From an uncultured Poribacteria bacterium (GTDB lineage: Bacteria; Poribacteria; WGA-4E; WGA-3G), in NCBI GenBank assembly GCA_951813545.1, contig OX638352.1, forward strand, positions 4,736,835 to 4,800,834: a stretch of DNA of 64,000 nt. The letters are read 5' to 3'. Both the position numbers and the translations under genes were made by a program. Below are positions 39,889 through 47,941 of this stretch, one piece after another (position 1 is the first letter of the stretch; each line of letters starts with the position of its first letter). The notes beneath the pieces were generated by a model. That model was given only the letters and a program-made list of their open reading frames with translations. It was not told the origin of the DNA and did no database searches.

Positions 39889-42882
39889 ATGGAAACAACT
39901 CGGACACCAGAGGTAAACTTACGTCCCGGCGAACAACTTCACGGCTTTGAGGTGAAAGCCGTTACACCGATCGACGAATTGCGAGCAGTGACAATTGAAT
40001 TGGCACACCAACATAGCGGTGCCCGCCTGCTACATCTCTATACAAACGATACGGAAAATCTCTTCTCCATTAATTTCCCGACCCCGCCATCAGACGATAC
40101 CGGCGTACCCCATATTCTTGAACATGCTGTTTTGGCAGGCTCACACAAATTTCCGGTTAAAGAGCCCTTCTTTGAAATGATTAAAATGAGCATGGCAACA
40201 TTTATTAACGCCATGACAAGTGCCGATTTTACATGCTATCCGGTATCAAGCAACGTAAAAAAAGACCTTTTCAACTTGGCAGAAGTTTACTTTGACGCGG
40301 TCTTCCATCCACTACTGACCGAAAATACTTTCAAGCGTGAAGGACATCATCTCGCACCCGTCGATCCGGATGACCCTACAGGCGATTTAAAGATAACGGG
40401 TATCGTCTATAATGAGATGAAAGGCGCATTCTCAGATCCTGAAGCTCGGTTATATCGATCAATGACATGTCAACTCCTTCCAGATACGCTTTACGCATGT
40501 GAATCCGGCGGCGATCCAGATGCCATTCCGGATTTGACCTACGCGCAGCTCAAAGGATTTCATGAAACCTATTATCACCCAAGCAACGGCTATTTCGTTC
40601 TGTACGGGGACATTCCGACGAGCGACTATCTCACGTTCCTCGCCGATAAGTTAGATAAAATCCCAAAGAATGCTGCGAGTGCCTCTCTACGACCGCTAAG
40701 CCCGGAGGTCACACACCAACCGAAGTGGGATGCGCCACGGGCTGTAACGGATACCTACCCTGTCGGCGCAGATGAAGCACTCACAGAAAAAACATATATG
40801 ATGCTCAGTTGGTACATCGGAGAAGCGACCAAACCGGAAGCAGTTGTTTTAGGACGCATTTTGAGCCTTATACTGCTTGGCAATGAAGCCGCACCGCTCC
40901 GTAAAGCGATAATCGATTCCAAACTCGGTGCAGACCTCATCTATTCCGGTGCCAGTTCCATCGGACCCGCAGCTACTTTTCACGTTTCCCTCAAAGGGAG
41001 CGAAGTCGATCGCGTTGAAGCCTTCACACAACTCGTCACCGATACCCTAACAGCGATTGCGAATTCAGAGATTAATAACGAAAAGGTGGAAGCAGCGTTC
41101 CAACAAGCGACATACTATTACCAAGAAGTCGCTTCAATGTTCCCGCTCCGCATGCTCTACCGTGTCATTGAAGGCTGGATATATGAAAAAGATTCGGACA
41201 CCTTCCTAAAGATGGGAAAAACGCTGACTGATGTTCGTCAGCAGTGGCTGGAAAATCCATCAATTTTCAACGACTTCATCCGCGAGCATCTCATTGAGAA
41301 TCCACATCGTCTGACAAGTGTGTTGTCTCCTGATCAGGACATGCAGGCGAAAATGGATGCTGAACTCGCCGAACGGATGAAAGAGACACGGACACAACTC
41401 ACTGATGAAGAGGTACGGCAAATCGCCGCTGATGCTGCGGAACTCGAACGCCTCAACGGCGTCCCCAATTCGCCGGAAGCACTCGCAAATCTGCCACAAC
41501 TCCAAGTCAGCGATCTTCCCGATAAACCGAAACATTTTCCGAGAACAGTCGAAAATGTCGGTGGTCGGGATCTGCTCCGCAGCGATGTTTTTGCCAATGG
41601 TGTTAACTACCTTGTGCTCAACTTCAATTTACACGGGTTACCACAGCACCTCTGGACCTATCTACCCAGATATGCTGACGCTATTAGCAAACTCGGTGCC
41701 GCTGATATGAGTTATGAAGAGATGGCACAGCGGACATCTGCCGTCACCGGTGGTATTGGATGCTCACCGTGGTTTTCTACACACACACTCGATGCCAATC
41801 GTTCCATGCAGAGTATATCCTTTCACCTCAAAGCACTCGATGGGAAAATGGATGCCGCGCTCGATGTCTTGCACGATTTACTGTTTGCTGTGAACCCACG
41901 CGATACGGAACGCCTCCGGGACGTACTGGTTCAAGCGGTTGCAGAATATCAGACAGAAATGATCCACGACGGCTCAAGTACTGCGGTTCATCACGCTTCA
42001 CGTGGACTTTCGTCGAATGCGCATCTCGCCGAAATCATCTATGGTCTACCCCAACTCCGCAACAGCGAAACGCTCTTCAACGATTTTGACGAACTTCATA
42101 CCGACCTTATGGGTCATATAGAAGGAGTTCGCGATTTCCTGCTAACCCGTGAACGGGTGACCGCCAGCTTCACCGGTTCGGATACCGCTTTTGAAACGAC
42201 GCGAACCAAACTCGGTGAGTGGCTTGACGCGATGCGGAACGAGCCTGTTATTTCAGAACCGATTGCGTTCCAGCAGTTTGATACACCACCGAGAGAGGGA
42301 TTAGCCGGTCCCATTCAGATTGCGCATTGTGCGCATGTAATGCCGGCACCGCACTACTCCGATCCGGATTCAACGCTGCTGACGATCGGGGCGCATCTCA
42401 TTCGACTGGATTACATACTGAGTGAAATCCGCTTTAAAGGCAACGCTTATGGTGCCAGATTCAGCTATAGTCCTTATGACGCAGTCCTGTGTCAATCCTC
42501 GTATCGCGACCCACACGTCGCACGCACGATCAACGTCTTCGAGCAAACCGTTGATTACGTTAAACAGGTGGAATGGACACAAACAGACATAGACCGCGCG
42601 ATTATTGCTACGGCAAAAGATGGTGAGAAACCGATGCGTCCAGGTTTAGCTGCGAGAGAGGCACTGAGTCAACATCTTGTGGGGCAGACGCGCGAGATGC
42701 GAGAGGAACGCTACGCGCAACTCCGACGTGCCACCCCTGCTGAGGTGAAACGCGCGCTCCTTCAACTTTTAGAGGGAAACCGAGATAAAGCCGCGGTGTG
42801 TGCCGTTTCCAGTCGTGAAAAACTGGAAGCCGCAAACAGTGAATTAGCACAACCGCTTGTCATTGAGGATATTTTATCCTAA
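39889..42882 (+). CDS. M16C-family zinc metallopeptidase (PreP/pitrilysin-like)
   Basis: 997 aa. Inverted zinc motif HILEHAVLAGS (HxxEH) and downstream NEMKG glutamate. Length is typical of M16C. Confidence 0.8.
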   Translation: METTRTPEVNLRPGEQLHGFEVKAVTPIDELRAVTIELAHQHSGARLLHLYTNDTENLFSINFPTPPSDDTGVPHILEHAVLAGSHKFPVKEPFFEMIKMSMATFINAMTSADFTCYPVSSNVKKDLFNLAEVYFDAVFHPLLTENTFKREGHHLAPVDPDDPTGDLKITGIVYNEMKGAFSDPEARLYRSMTCQLLPDTLYACESGGDPDAIPDLTYAQLKGFHETYYHPSNGYFVLYGDIPTSDYLTFLADKLDKIPKNAASASLRPLSPEVTHQPKWDAPRAVTDTYPVGADEALTEKTYMMLSWYIGEATKPEAVVLGRILSLILLGNEAAPLRKAIIDSKLGADLIYSGASSIGPAATFHVSLKGSEVDRVEAFTQLVTDTLTAIANSEINNEKVEAAFQQATYYYQEVASMFPLRMLYRVIEGWIYEKDSDTFLKMGKTLTDVRQQWLENPSIFNDFIREHLIENPHRLTSVLSPDQDMQAKMDAELAERMKETRTQLTDEEVRQIAADAAELERLNGVPNSPEALANLPQLQVSDLPDKPKHFPRTVENVGGRDLLRSDVFANGVNYLVLNFNLHGLPQHLWTYLPRYADAISKLGAADMSYEEMAQRTSAVTGGIGCSPWFSTHTLDANRSMQSISFHLKALDGKMDAALDVLHDLLFAVNPRDTERLRDVLVQAVAEYQTEMIHDGSSTAVHHASRGLSSNAHLAEIIYGLPQLRNSETLFNDFDELHTDLMGHIEGVRDFLLTRERVTASFTGSDTAFETTRTKLGEWLDAMRNEPVISEPIAFQQFDTPPREGLAGPIQIAHCAHVMPAPHYSDPDSTLLTIGAHLIRLDYILSEIRFKGNAYGARFSYSPYDAVLCQSSYRDPHVARTINVFEQTVDYVKQVEWTQTDIDRAIIATAKDGEKPMRPGLAAREALSQHLVGQTREMREERYAQLRRATPAEVKRALLQLLEGNRDKAAVCAVSSREKLEAANSELAQPLVIEDILS

Positions 42883-42991
42883 CCTTGTTGCAGGCATGAT
42901 CTCTTTGTGCATAGACGCGCCTGCAAAGTACAACTGAAAGAAAAGGTAATTATAGAAATCCACGCTTACAACGAACACGAGAGGAATTAAA

Positions 42992-44344
42992 ATGATAAAA
43001 AAAATCGCAATTTTGACAATCTGTATCTTTGCTTTAGTGGCGGTTGCAACAATGGCATCACAGCCGGTCGGTTTTGAGAAGAACTGGCATCATTGGCGCG
43101 GACCGCATGCTACGGGTGCCGCAGCCGAAGCCAATCCGCCTACTACATGGAGCGAAACCGAGAACGTCCGCTGGAAAGTGGCTATCCCCGGCACGGGACA
43201 TGCCGCTCCAATTATCTGGGAGGACAAGATCTTCATCCAGACAGCAGTTAAGGGTGAAGCTGCCAAAGCGGAAGCCGAAGAATCAGATGATGATAATCCG
43301 TTCGGTGGCTTCTTTCAACAAAGGCGTGGGCGAGATGCAATTGAAAACTCTTATAAGTTTGACCTTCTCGCTATCAATCGAAATGACGGCAGTATTCTCT
43401 GGCAGAAGACACTGCGAGAGATAAACCCACATGAAGGCACACATCAAGATGCTACGTTCGCTTCAAACTCGCCGGTCACCGACGGTGAGCACATCTATGC
43501 CTATTTTGGTTCACGCGGGCTTTACTGTGTAGATATGATGGGCAATGTGAAGTGGGAAAAGGACATCGGCACGATGTATAAACGGAATACCTTCGGTGAA
43601 GGGAGTTCGCCTGTTCTTCACGGAAACACGCTTGTTATTGTACAGGACCATGAAGGTGATTCCTTTATCACGGCTCTTGACAAACGGACAGGCGATGTCT
43701 TGTGGAAGACCGCTCGCGATGAAAGAACGACTTGGTTTTCACCTATCGTTGTTGAACAGAATGGAAAAGCGCAGGTAATTACGACAGGCACCAATCGTGT
43801 TCGTAGTTACGATTTGGAGACTGGCGAACTTTTATGGGATGGCGACGGATTGACTGCGAATAGTATTCCTTCCCCTGTTGCTGCTGATGGGTTCGTTTAC
43901 CTGATGAGTGGCTTCCGGGGCAGTGAATTGCTGGCAGTTCAACTTGAAAAGGCGATGGGTGATATTACCGATTCCAGTGCCGTTGTCTGGGAACATAATC
44001 GTGATACACCCTATGTTCCTTCACCCCTCCTCTATGGGAATACACTCTATTTCTTGAAAAGCAATGATGGTATCCTCACTGCCTTCAATGTTGAGACAGG
44101 ACAAGCATATTATGGACCAGTACGGTTACAAGGCGTTTCTGGTGTCTACGCTTCAATTGTTGGGGCATCAGATCGCATCTACATCGCCGGACGGAACGGG
44201 ACGATCAACGTTCTCCAACACGGTCCCGAATTTAGTGTCATAGCGGAAAACACTCTGGATGATAGTTTCAACGCATCGCCCGCGATTGTCGGTTCAGAGT
44301 TATATCTCCGTGGCGGTCAGTATCTTTACTGCATTGCAGAGTAA
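42992..44344 (+). CDS. PQQ-like beta-propeller repeat protein, paralog
   Basis: Signal peptide. NWHHWRGPHATGAA N-terminus. Architecture parallels 37960..39270. Confidence 0.7.
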   Translation: MIKKIAILTICIFALVAVATMASQPVGFEKNWHHWRGPHATGAAAEANPPTTWSETENVRWKVAIPGTGHAAPIIWEDKIFIQTAVKGEAAKAEAEESDDDNPFGGFFQQRRGRDAIENSYKFDLLAINRNDGSILWQKTLREINPHEGTHQDATFASNSPVTDGEHIYAYFGSRGLYCVDMMGNVKWEKDIGTMYKRNTFGEGSSPVLHGNTLVIVQDHEGDSFITALDKRTGDVLWKTARDERTTWFSPIVVEQNGKAQVITTGTNRVRSYDLETGELLWDGDGLTANSIPSPVAADGFVYLMSGFRGSELLAVQLEKAMGDITDSSAVVWEHNRDTPYVPSPLLYGNTLYFLKSNDGILTAFNVETGQAYYGPVRLQGVSGVYASIVGASDRIYIAGRNGTINVLQHGPEFSVIAENTLDDSFNASPAIVGSELYLRGGQYLYCIAE

Positions 44345-44345
44345 T

Positions 44346-44463
44346 TATAGTAAAACCTACAATTAATTAGACATTGTAGAAGGGCGAGGATACAATCCTC
44401 GCCAGCGGTGGTGCGGTGTTTTGTGTTTTCCAAAGTGCCCTCTTATTTTCGGGTTTTACTATA
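44346..44463. mobile_element. MITE-like ~118-bp element, copy B
   Basis: Perfect 11-bp TIRs TATAGTAAAAC (44346..44356) and GTTTTACTATA (44453..44463). Same internal hairpin GGCGAGGATACAATCCTCGCC and following AGCGGTGGTG..GTTTT tract as copy A. It is inserted 1 nt after the stop codon at 44342..44344. Confidence 0.45.
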
Positions 44464-44469
44464 GTTATC

Positions 44470-44556
44470 AGTCGTCAGTTGTCAGTTATCAGTTACAAGA
44501 GAACTTTGTTAAACGAAAATCTCTTAACTGAAGACTGACAACTGACAGCCAATTAT
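44470..44556. repeat. Long imperfect inverted repeat (ACTGAC-type motifs) between convergent genes
   Basis: Arms TCAGTCGTCAGTTGTCAGTTATCAGTTA and TAACTGAAGACTGACAACTGACAG around a ~35-nt loop. A related CTGACTACTGATAACTGACTGCTGATA tract lies at 24773..24800. Confidence 0.4.
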
Positions 44557-45303
44557 CTAATATGTTGCTCTTCCACCGCTGACATCGTAGCACTGTCCCG
44601 TCACAAAGCTTGCCTCATCCGATGCCAAGAAATTCACGACCGCAGCAACTTCCTCTGGTTTCCCAACGCGTCCCAACGGAATCTTACCCACCATATAATC
44701 GATGGTTGATTGTGCCATACCTTCCAATATCGGTGTTTCGATGACCGCTGGAGACACTGCATTCACGCGGATGTTATAGTCCGTTACCTCTTTGGCGAGT
44801 GCCTTCGTTAGGCAGATAACCCCTGCTTTAGATACAGAATACGGGATGAGTGTCGGATTTCCCTCCTTGCCAGCGATTGAGGCGATGTTCACAATCCTGC
44901 CATAGTCCTGTGCGATCATGGGAGCGATCACCGCCTTACAACAGAGAAAAACACCTGTCAGGTTTACGCCTATCACGGTGTCCCAATCCGATTCTTCTAA
45001 GTCTGTCAATGGAAGCGTGCGTCCTGCAATTCCAGCGTTGTTGACGAGAATATCAACACGGCCGAAGGTGGAAATAACATTTTCGACAGCAGCGTTGACA
45101 TCGGTGGATACCGAAACATCTGCCTGAACGGGCAGTGCTTTGCGTCCCGTAGATTCAATCTCCTGCGCGACCGCTTCAGCTGCTGCTGCATTTAAATCCA
45201 TAATGGCGACATTCGCGCCTGCGTTCGCAAGTCTGATAGCAATCGCTTTACCGATACCCTGCCCCGCGCCTGTCACAATCGCAATTTTATCCGTTAGATT
45301 CAT
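44557..45303 (-). CDS. SDR-family oxidoreductase (FabG-like 3-oxoacyl reductase)
   Basis: Start refined to ATG 45303, with an AGGAGGG RBS 6 nt upstream. TGAGQGIGKAIAIRLANAGANV Rossmann motif. NNAG and catalytic SxnYxxxK (SKAGV) motifs. Confidence 0.85.
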   Translation of the reverse strand: MNLTDKIAIVTGAGQGIGKAIAIRLANAGANVAIMDLNAAAAEAVAQEIESTGRKALPVQADVSVSTDVNAAVENVISTFGRVDILVNNAGIAGRTLPLTDLEESDWDTVIGVNLTGVFLCCKAVIAPMIAQDYGRIVNIASIAGKEGNPTLIPYSVSKAGVICLTKALAKEVTDYNIRVNAVSPAVIETPILEGMAQSTIDYMVGKIPLGRVGKPEEVAAVVNFLASDEASFVTGQCYDVSGGRATY

Positions 45304-45859
45304 TAAAATCCCTCCTGAGTTCCAAAAAATCGTCCAGTTCAACGCCGAACGCGTCCGCGATCCGATTGATGTAGCTGAAAAAGCCAACGACCTCCACGAT
45401 AGCGAAGAGTGCTTCGTCGGTGAGTCCGTAGCTGCGAAGGTGTTCAAGGTCTGCTGGTGTAACAGTAGATGCTGCTTCTGTTACTTTAACGGCAAATTCA
45501 AGGATCGCTTTTGTGGTTTCGTCAATATCAGCCTTGTGAAAGTCAGTTACAATCTGGGCAATCTGCCCATCTGTGAGTTGTGCCCGCAACTCATCAGCAT
45601 GTGCGATTATTCAGTAGTGGCATTCGTTCACTTTCGAGACAACAGTTGCAATCATTTCACGCTGCATTCGGCTCAACGGGGAGTCCTCGTCAAACATTAT
45701 CGCTATGTAGAGTTCAATGAAAGGACGCATGCTTTTTGGTCGTACGCTGAGGAGTCTGACGATATTGTAAACTTGTCCCGCCCGCGCAATTGCCGCGTCG
45801 TATTCTTCTTTCACGATACCGGTTGCTTCGGCTTCGTCTACAGTGCGAATCCACGCCAT
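45287..45859 (-). CDS. AhpD/carboxymuconolactone-decarboxylase-family peroxidase-related protein with an in-frame TGA (candidate selenocysteine) at 45611..45613
   Basis: The ORF-track ORFs 45611..45859 and 45287..45589 are in the same frame and separated only by TGA. Read-through gives SKVNECHY-[TGA]-IIAHADE, which matches the AhpD catalytic N-x-C-x-x-C-x-x-x-H motif with TGA in place of the second Cys. Without read-through, the downstream half needs a TTG start and has no RBS. Confidence 0.6.
45571..45597 (-). other. Candidate bacterial SECIS-like hairpin 13 nt downstream of the in-frame UGA
   Basis: On the mRNA, CUGAUGAGUUG-CGGGCA-CAACUCACAG forms a 10-bp stem with a single U bulge and a 6-nt G-rich apical loop. 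Confidence 0.35.
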
Positions 45860-45862
45860 TTT

Positions 45863-47092
45863 TTACTCTCCAATTACGACACCGTATTCACCGACAACTG
45901 CGCCTTTGTGTCCGGTCTGGTAGTGTAGGTGTCTTTCACCGACGATAGGTTGTGTGCTTTGTACTTCTACTGTGCCGCGAACTTTCCCCATCGCTCCTTC
46001 ATCCATATCAACACAGCAGAACGGTTTAATTTGGCGATGCACTTGCTGCTTAATGTCCCCTTGTCGGTTGCGGACGATAACGTTGACAAAAGCATCTGCT
46101 TCTCCAACGTTAAGAAATCGGAACCAGTCCCAGGCACCCCCGGCAATTTCAGGGAAAAAGAGCCGGAGCCCAACTTGTCCTCCCTCAACCGATGCACCGG
46201 GTAGATCGATAATGGCTGTCCCACTATGCATGTGTCGTTCCGCGACAACCGGTTGATCGCTGCGTACCTCTACGGAGGATTTCACTTTAATGTCATCCAT
46301 AGGTGGTGTCCAGCACTCAAAAGGTCTCAGTTGATCGCGTTTTTTTGTCCACGTTGCTTGCGCATTGTCATCTTTACGTGCGATCATCGTTACTTCTGCA
46401 TCTTCTCTCCCGACGTTGACGATTACAACCCAATCTTGCCATGCAGGTCCGACTTCTGGCAAAAAGAGTGTGCGCGGCGCATCCGAAATCAACTGCCCAA
46501 ATTGCCCAACGGATGTCTTCCCTCCCTGATAGTGGAGATGGCGCTCTCCCACAATCGGTTGTGAACTTTGCATCTCAACCGTGCCGGTGACGTTCCCCAT
46601 AACACCTTCGTTGAGATCCCAACAGCAGAGGGGCTCAATAACGTGGTGTCGTTGCCTGATTACATCGCCGTTTCTGTTTCGGACGGTAATGTTGACGTGC
46701 GCATCCGCTTCACCGACGTTTAGGACCCGAAACCAATCGTGGGCACCGGAGACCAGTTCCGGAAAGAAGAGCCGCTGCCCGACTGTTCCATATTCCTCCG
46801 CTGCACCAATGAAATCAAGCACGTTCGTGTCCTTGTGCATGTGCCGTTCCGCCACAATCGGTTGATCTGCAGTGAACTGCATTGAGGAGTTCTCTTTAAT
46901 CTCTTCGACGTTCGGTATCCAGGACTCGAAGGAGCTTATTGTTTTCTCCGCAGACCAAGTCGGTTGTCCGTTACGGGCATGTCTCGCTATCGCAGTTACA
47001 CGGGTATCTTCAGGTCCCACATTCGTAACTTGGACCCAGTCTTGCCATTGGGGTCCCACTTCTGGAAAATAAAGGGTTGTTGCTCCTGGCAT
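45863..47092 (-). CDS. Hypothetical protein made of four tandem ~100-aa repeats of an unrecognised domain
   Basis: Each repeat carries LF(F/L)PE(V/L/I)..G..DW..(V/F)LNVGE.DA.V, (E/K)P(L/F)(C/E)C(W/V)D and Q(P)(I/V)(V)(G/A)ERH(L/M)H motifs. No signal peptide. 4-bp gap to the downstream AhpD-like gene. Confidence 0.5.
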   Translation of the reverse strand: MPGATTLYFPEVGPQWQDWVQVTNVGPEDTRVTAIARHARNGQPTWSAEKTISSFESWIPNVEEIKENSSMQFTADQPIVAERHMHKDTNVLDFIGAAEEYGTVGQRLFFPELVSGAHDWFRVLNVGEADAHVNITVRNRNGDVIRQRHHVIEPLCCWDLNEGVMGNVTGTVEMQSSQPIVGERHLHYQGGKTSVGQFGQLISDAPRTLFLPEVGPAWQDWVVIVNVGREDAEVTMIARKDDNAQATWTKKRDQLRPFECWTPPMDDIKVKSSVEVRSDQPVVAERHMHSGTAIIDLPGASVEGGQVGLRLFFPEIAGGAWDWFRFLNVGEADAFVNVIVRNRQGDIKQQVHRQIKPFCCVDMDEGAMGKVRGTVEVQSTQPIVGERHLHYQTGHKGAVVGEYGVVIGE

Positions 47093-47299
47093 TGGTGCCT
47101 CCTATTTAAAGCCTTTTTTATACCGATATATACTCGCAACGTGTGATTACGAGAAAATTAAGAACGTCATAATGAATATTGCTGTTACTATTTTAACTTG
47201 CACTTATTTATATTTTCCACTATAATTTCGGTCAATGCCATTTAGTTCACACCCAGCCATTCAGTTATCAGTTTTCTACCCGTTTTGTGTCGGGTGTCG

Positions 47300-47580
47300 T
47301 GGTTTGGGGATCCCTTCTACAGAAGGGATCGGGAATTGGAGTTCCTTCCTACAGAAGAGTCGGGAATCGGAGTTCCCTCCTACAGAAGAGTCGGGAATCG
47401 GAGTTCCCTCCTACAGAAGGGATCGGGAATTGGAGTTCCTTCCTACAGAAGAGTCGGGAATCGGAGTTCCCTCCTACAGAAGAGTCGGGAATCGGAGTTC
47501 CTTCCTACAGAAGAGTCGGGAATCGGAGTTCCCTCCTACAGAAGAGTCGGGAATCGGAGTTCCCTCCTACAGAAGAGATG
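47300..47580. repeat. Tandem array of about nine 31-bp repeats in a divergent promoter region
   Basis: Unit GGGAATCGGAGTTCCCTCCTACAGAAGAGTC, with variants GGGAATTGGAGTTCCTTCCTACAGAAGGGATC. Each unit has an internal dyad GGGAA-N6-TTCCC. A solo copy lies at 37241..37266. Confidence 0.85.
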
Positions 47581-47605
47581 GCTTTCATAATTTGAGGAGA
47601 AAACA

Positions 47606-47893
47606 ATGGCTGCGAAAAAACTTTCAGACGCTGAAATTCAGGAAAACCTTGAACAACTCAACGGTTGGACAGTGGAAGACGGTAAACTGCACAAGGAATA
47701 TCAGTTTGACACCTTTGTTACAGCCTTCGGTTTTATGACACAACTCGCCCTAATCGCGGAATCCATGAATCACCACCCCGAATGGTTTAACGTCTATAAC
47801 CGTGTGACAATTGATTTGATGACACACGATGCAGGTGGCATCAGTGAATTGGATTTTCAATGGGCAAAGCACGCGGATTCGATTAGTGGATAA
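47606..47893 (+). CDS. Pterin-4a-carbinolamine dehydratase (PCD/DCoH)
   Basis: 95 aa. EYQFDTFVTAFGFMTQLALIAESMNHHPEW is the classical PCD core. Confidence 0.85.
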   Translation: MAAKKLSDAEIQENLEQLNGWTVEDGKLHKEYQFDTFVTAFGFMTQLALIAESMNHHPEWFNVYNRVTIDLMTHDAGGISELDFQWAKHADSISG

Positions 47894-47941
47894 ACCGGTT
47901 TCTTGTAGATGGGGACGACATAATCCGCACTGGAGAGACGC

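Noticed and set aside
45140-45928. 262-aa plus-strand ORF
   Set aside because: It is antisense to the SDR and AhpD-like genes, which have strong RBS and motif support.
47235-47738. Three overlapping plus-strand ORFs (101-167 aa) with repetitive ESGIGVPSYRRVGNRSS peptides
   Set aside because: They are translations of the 31-bp tandem array in all three frames, not independent genes.
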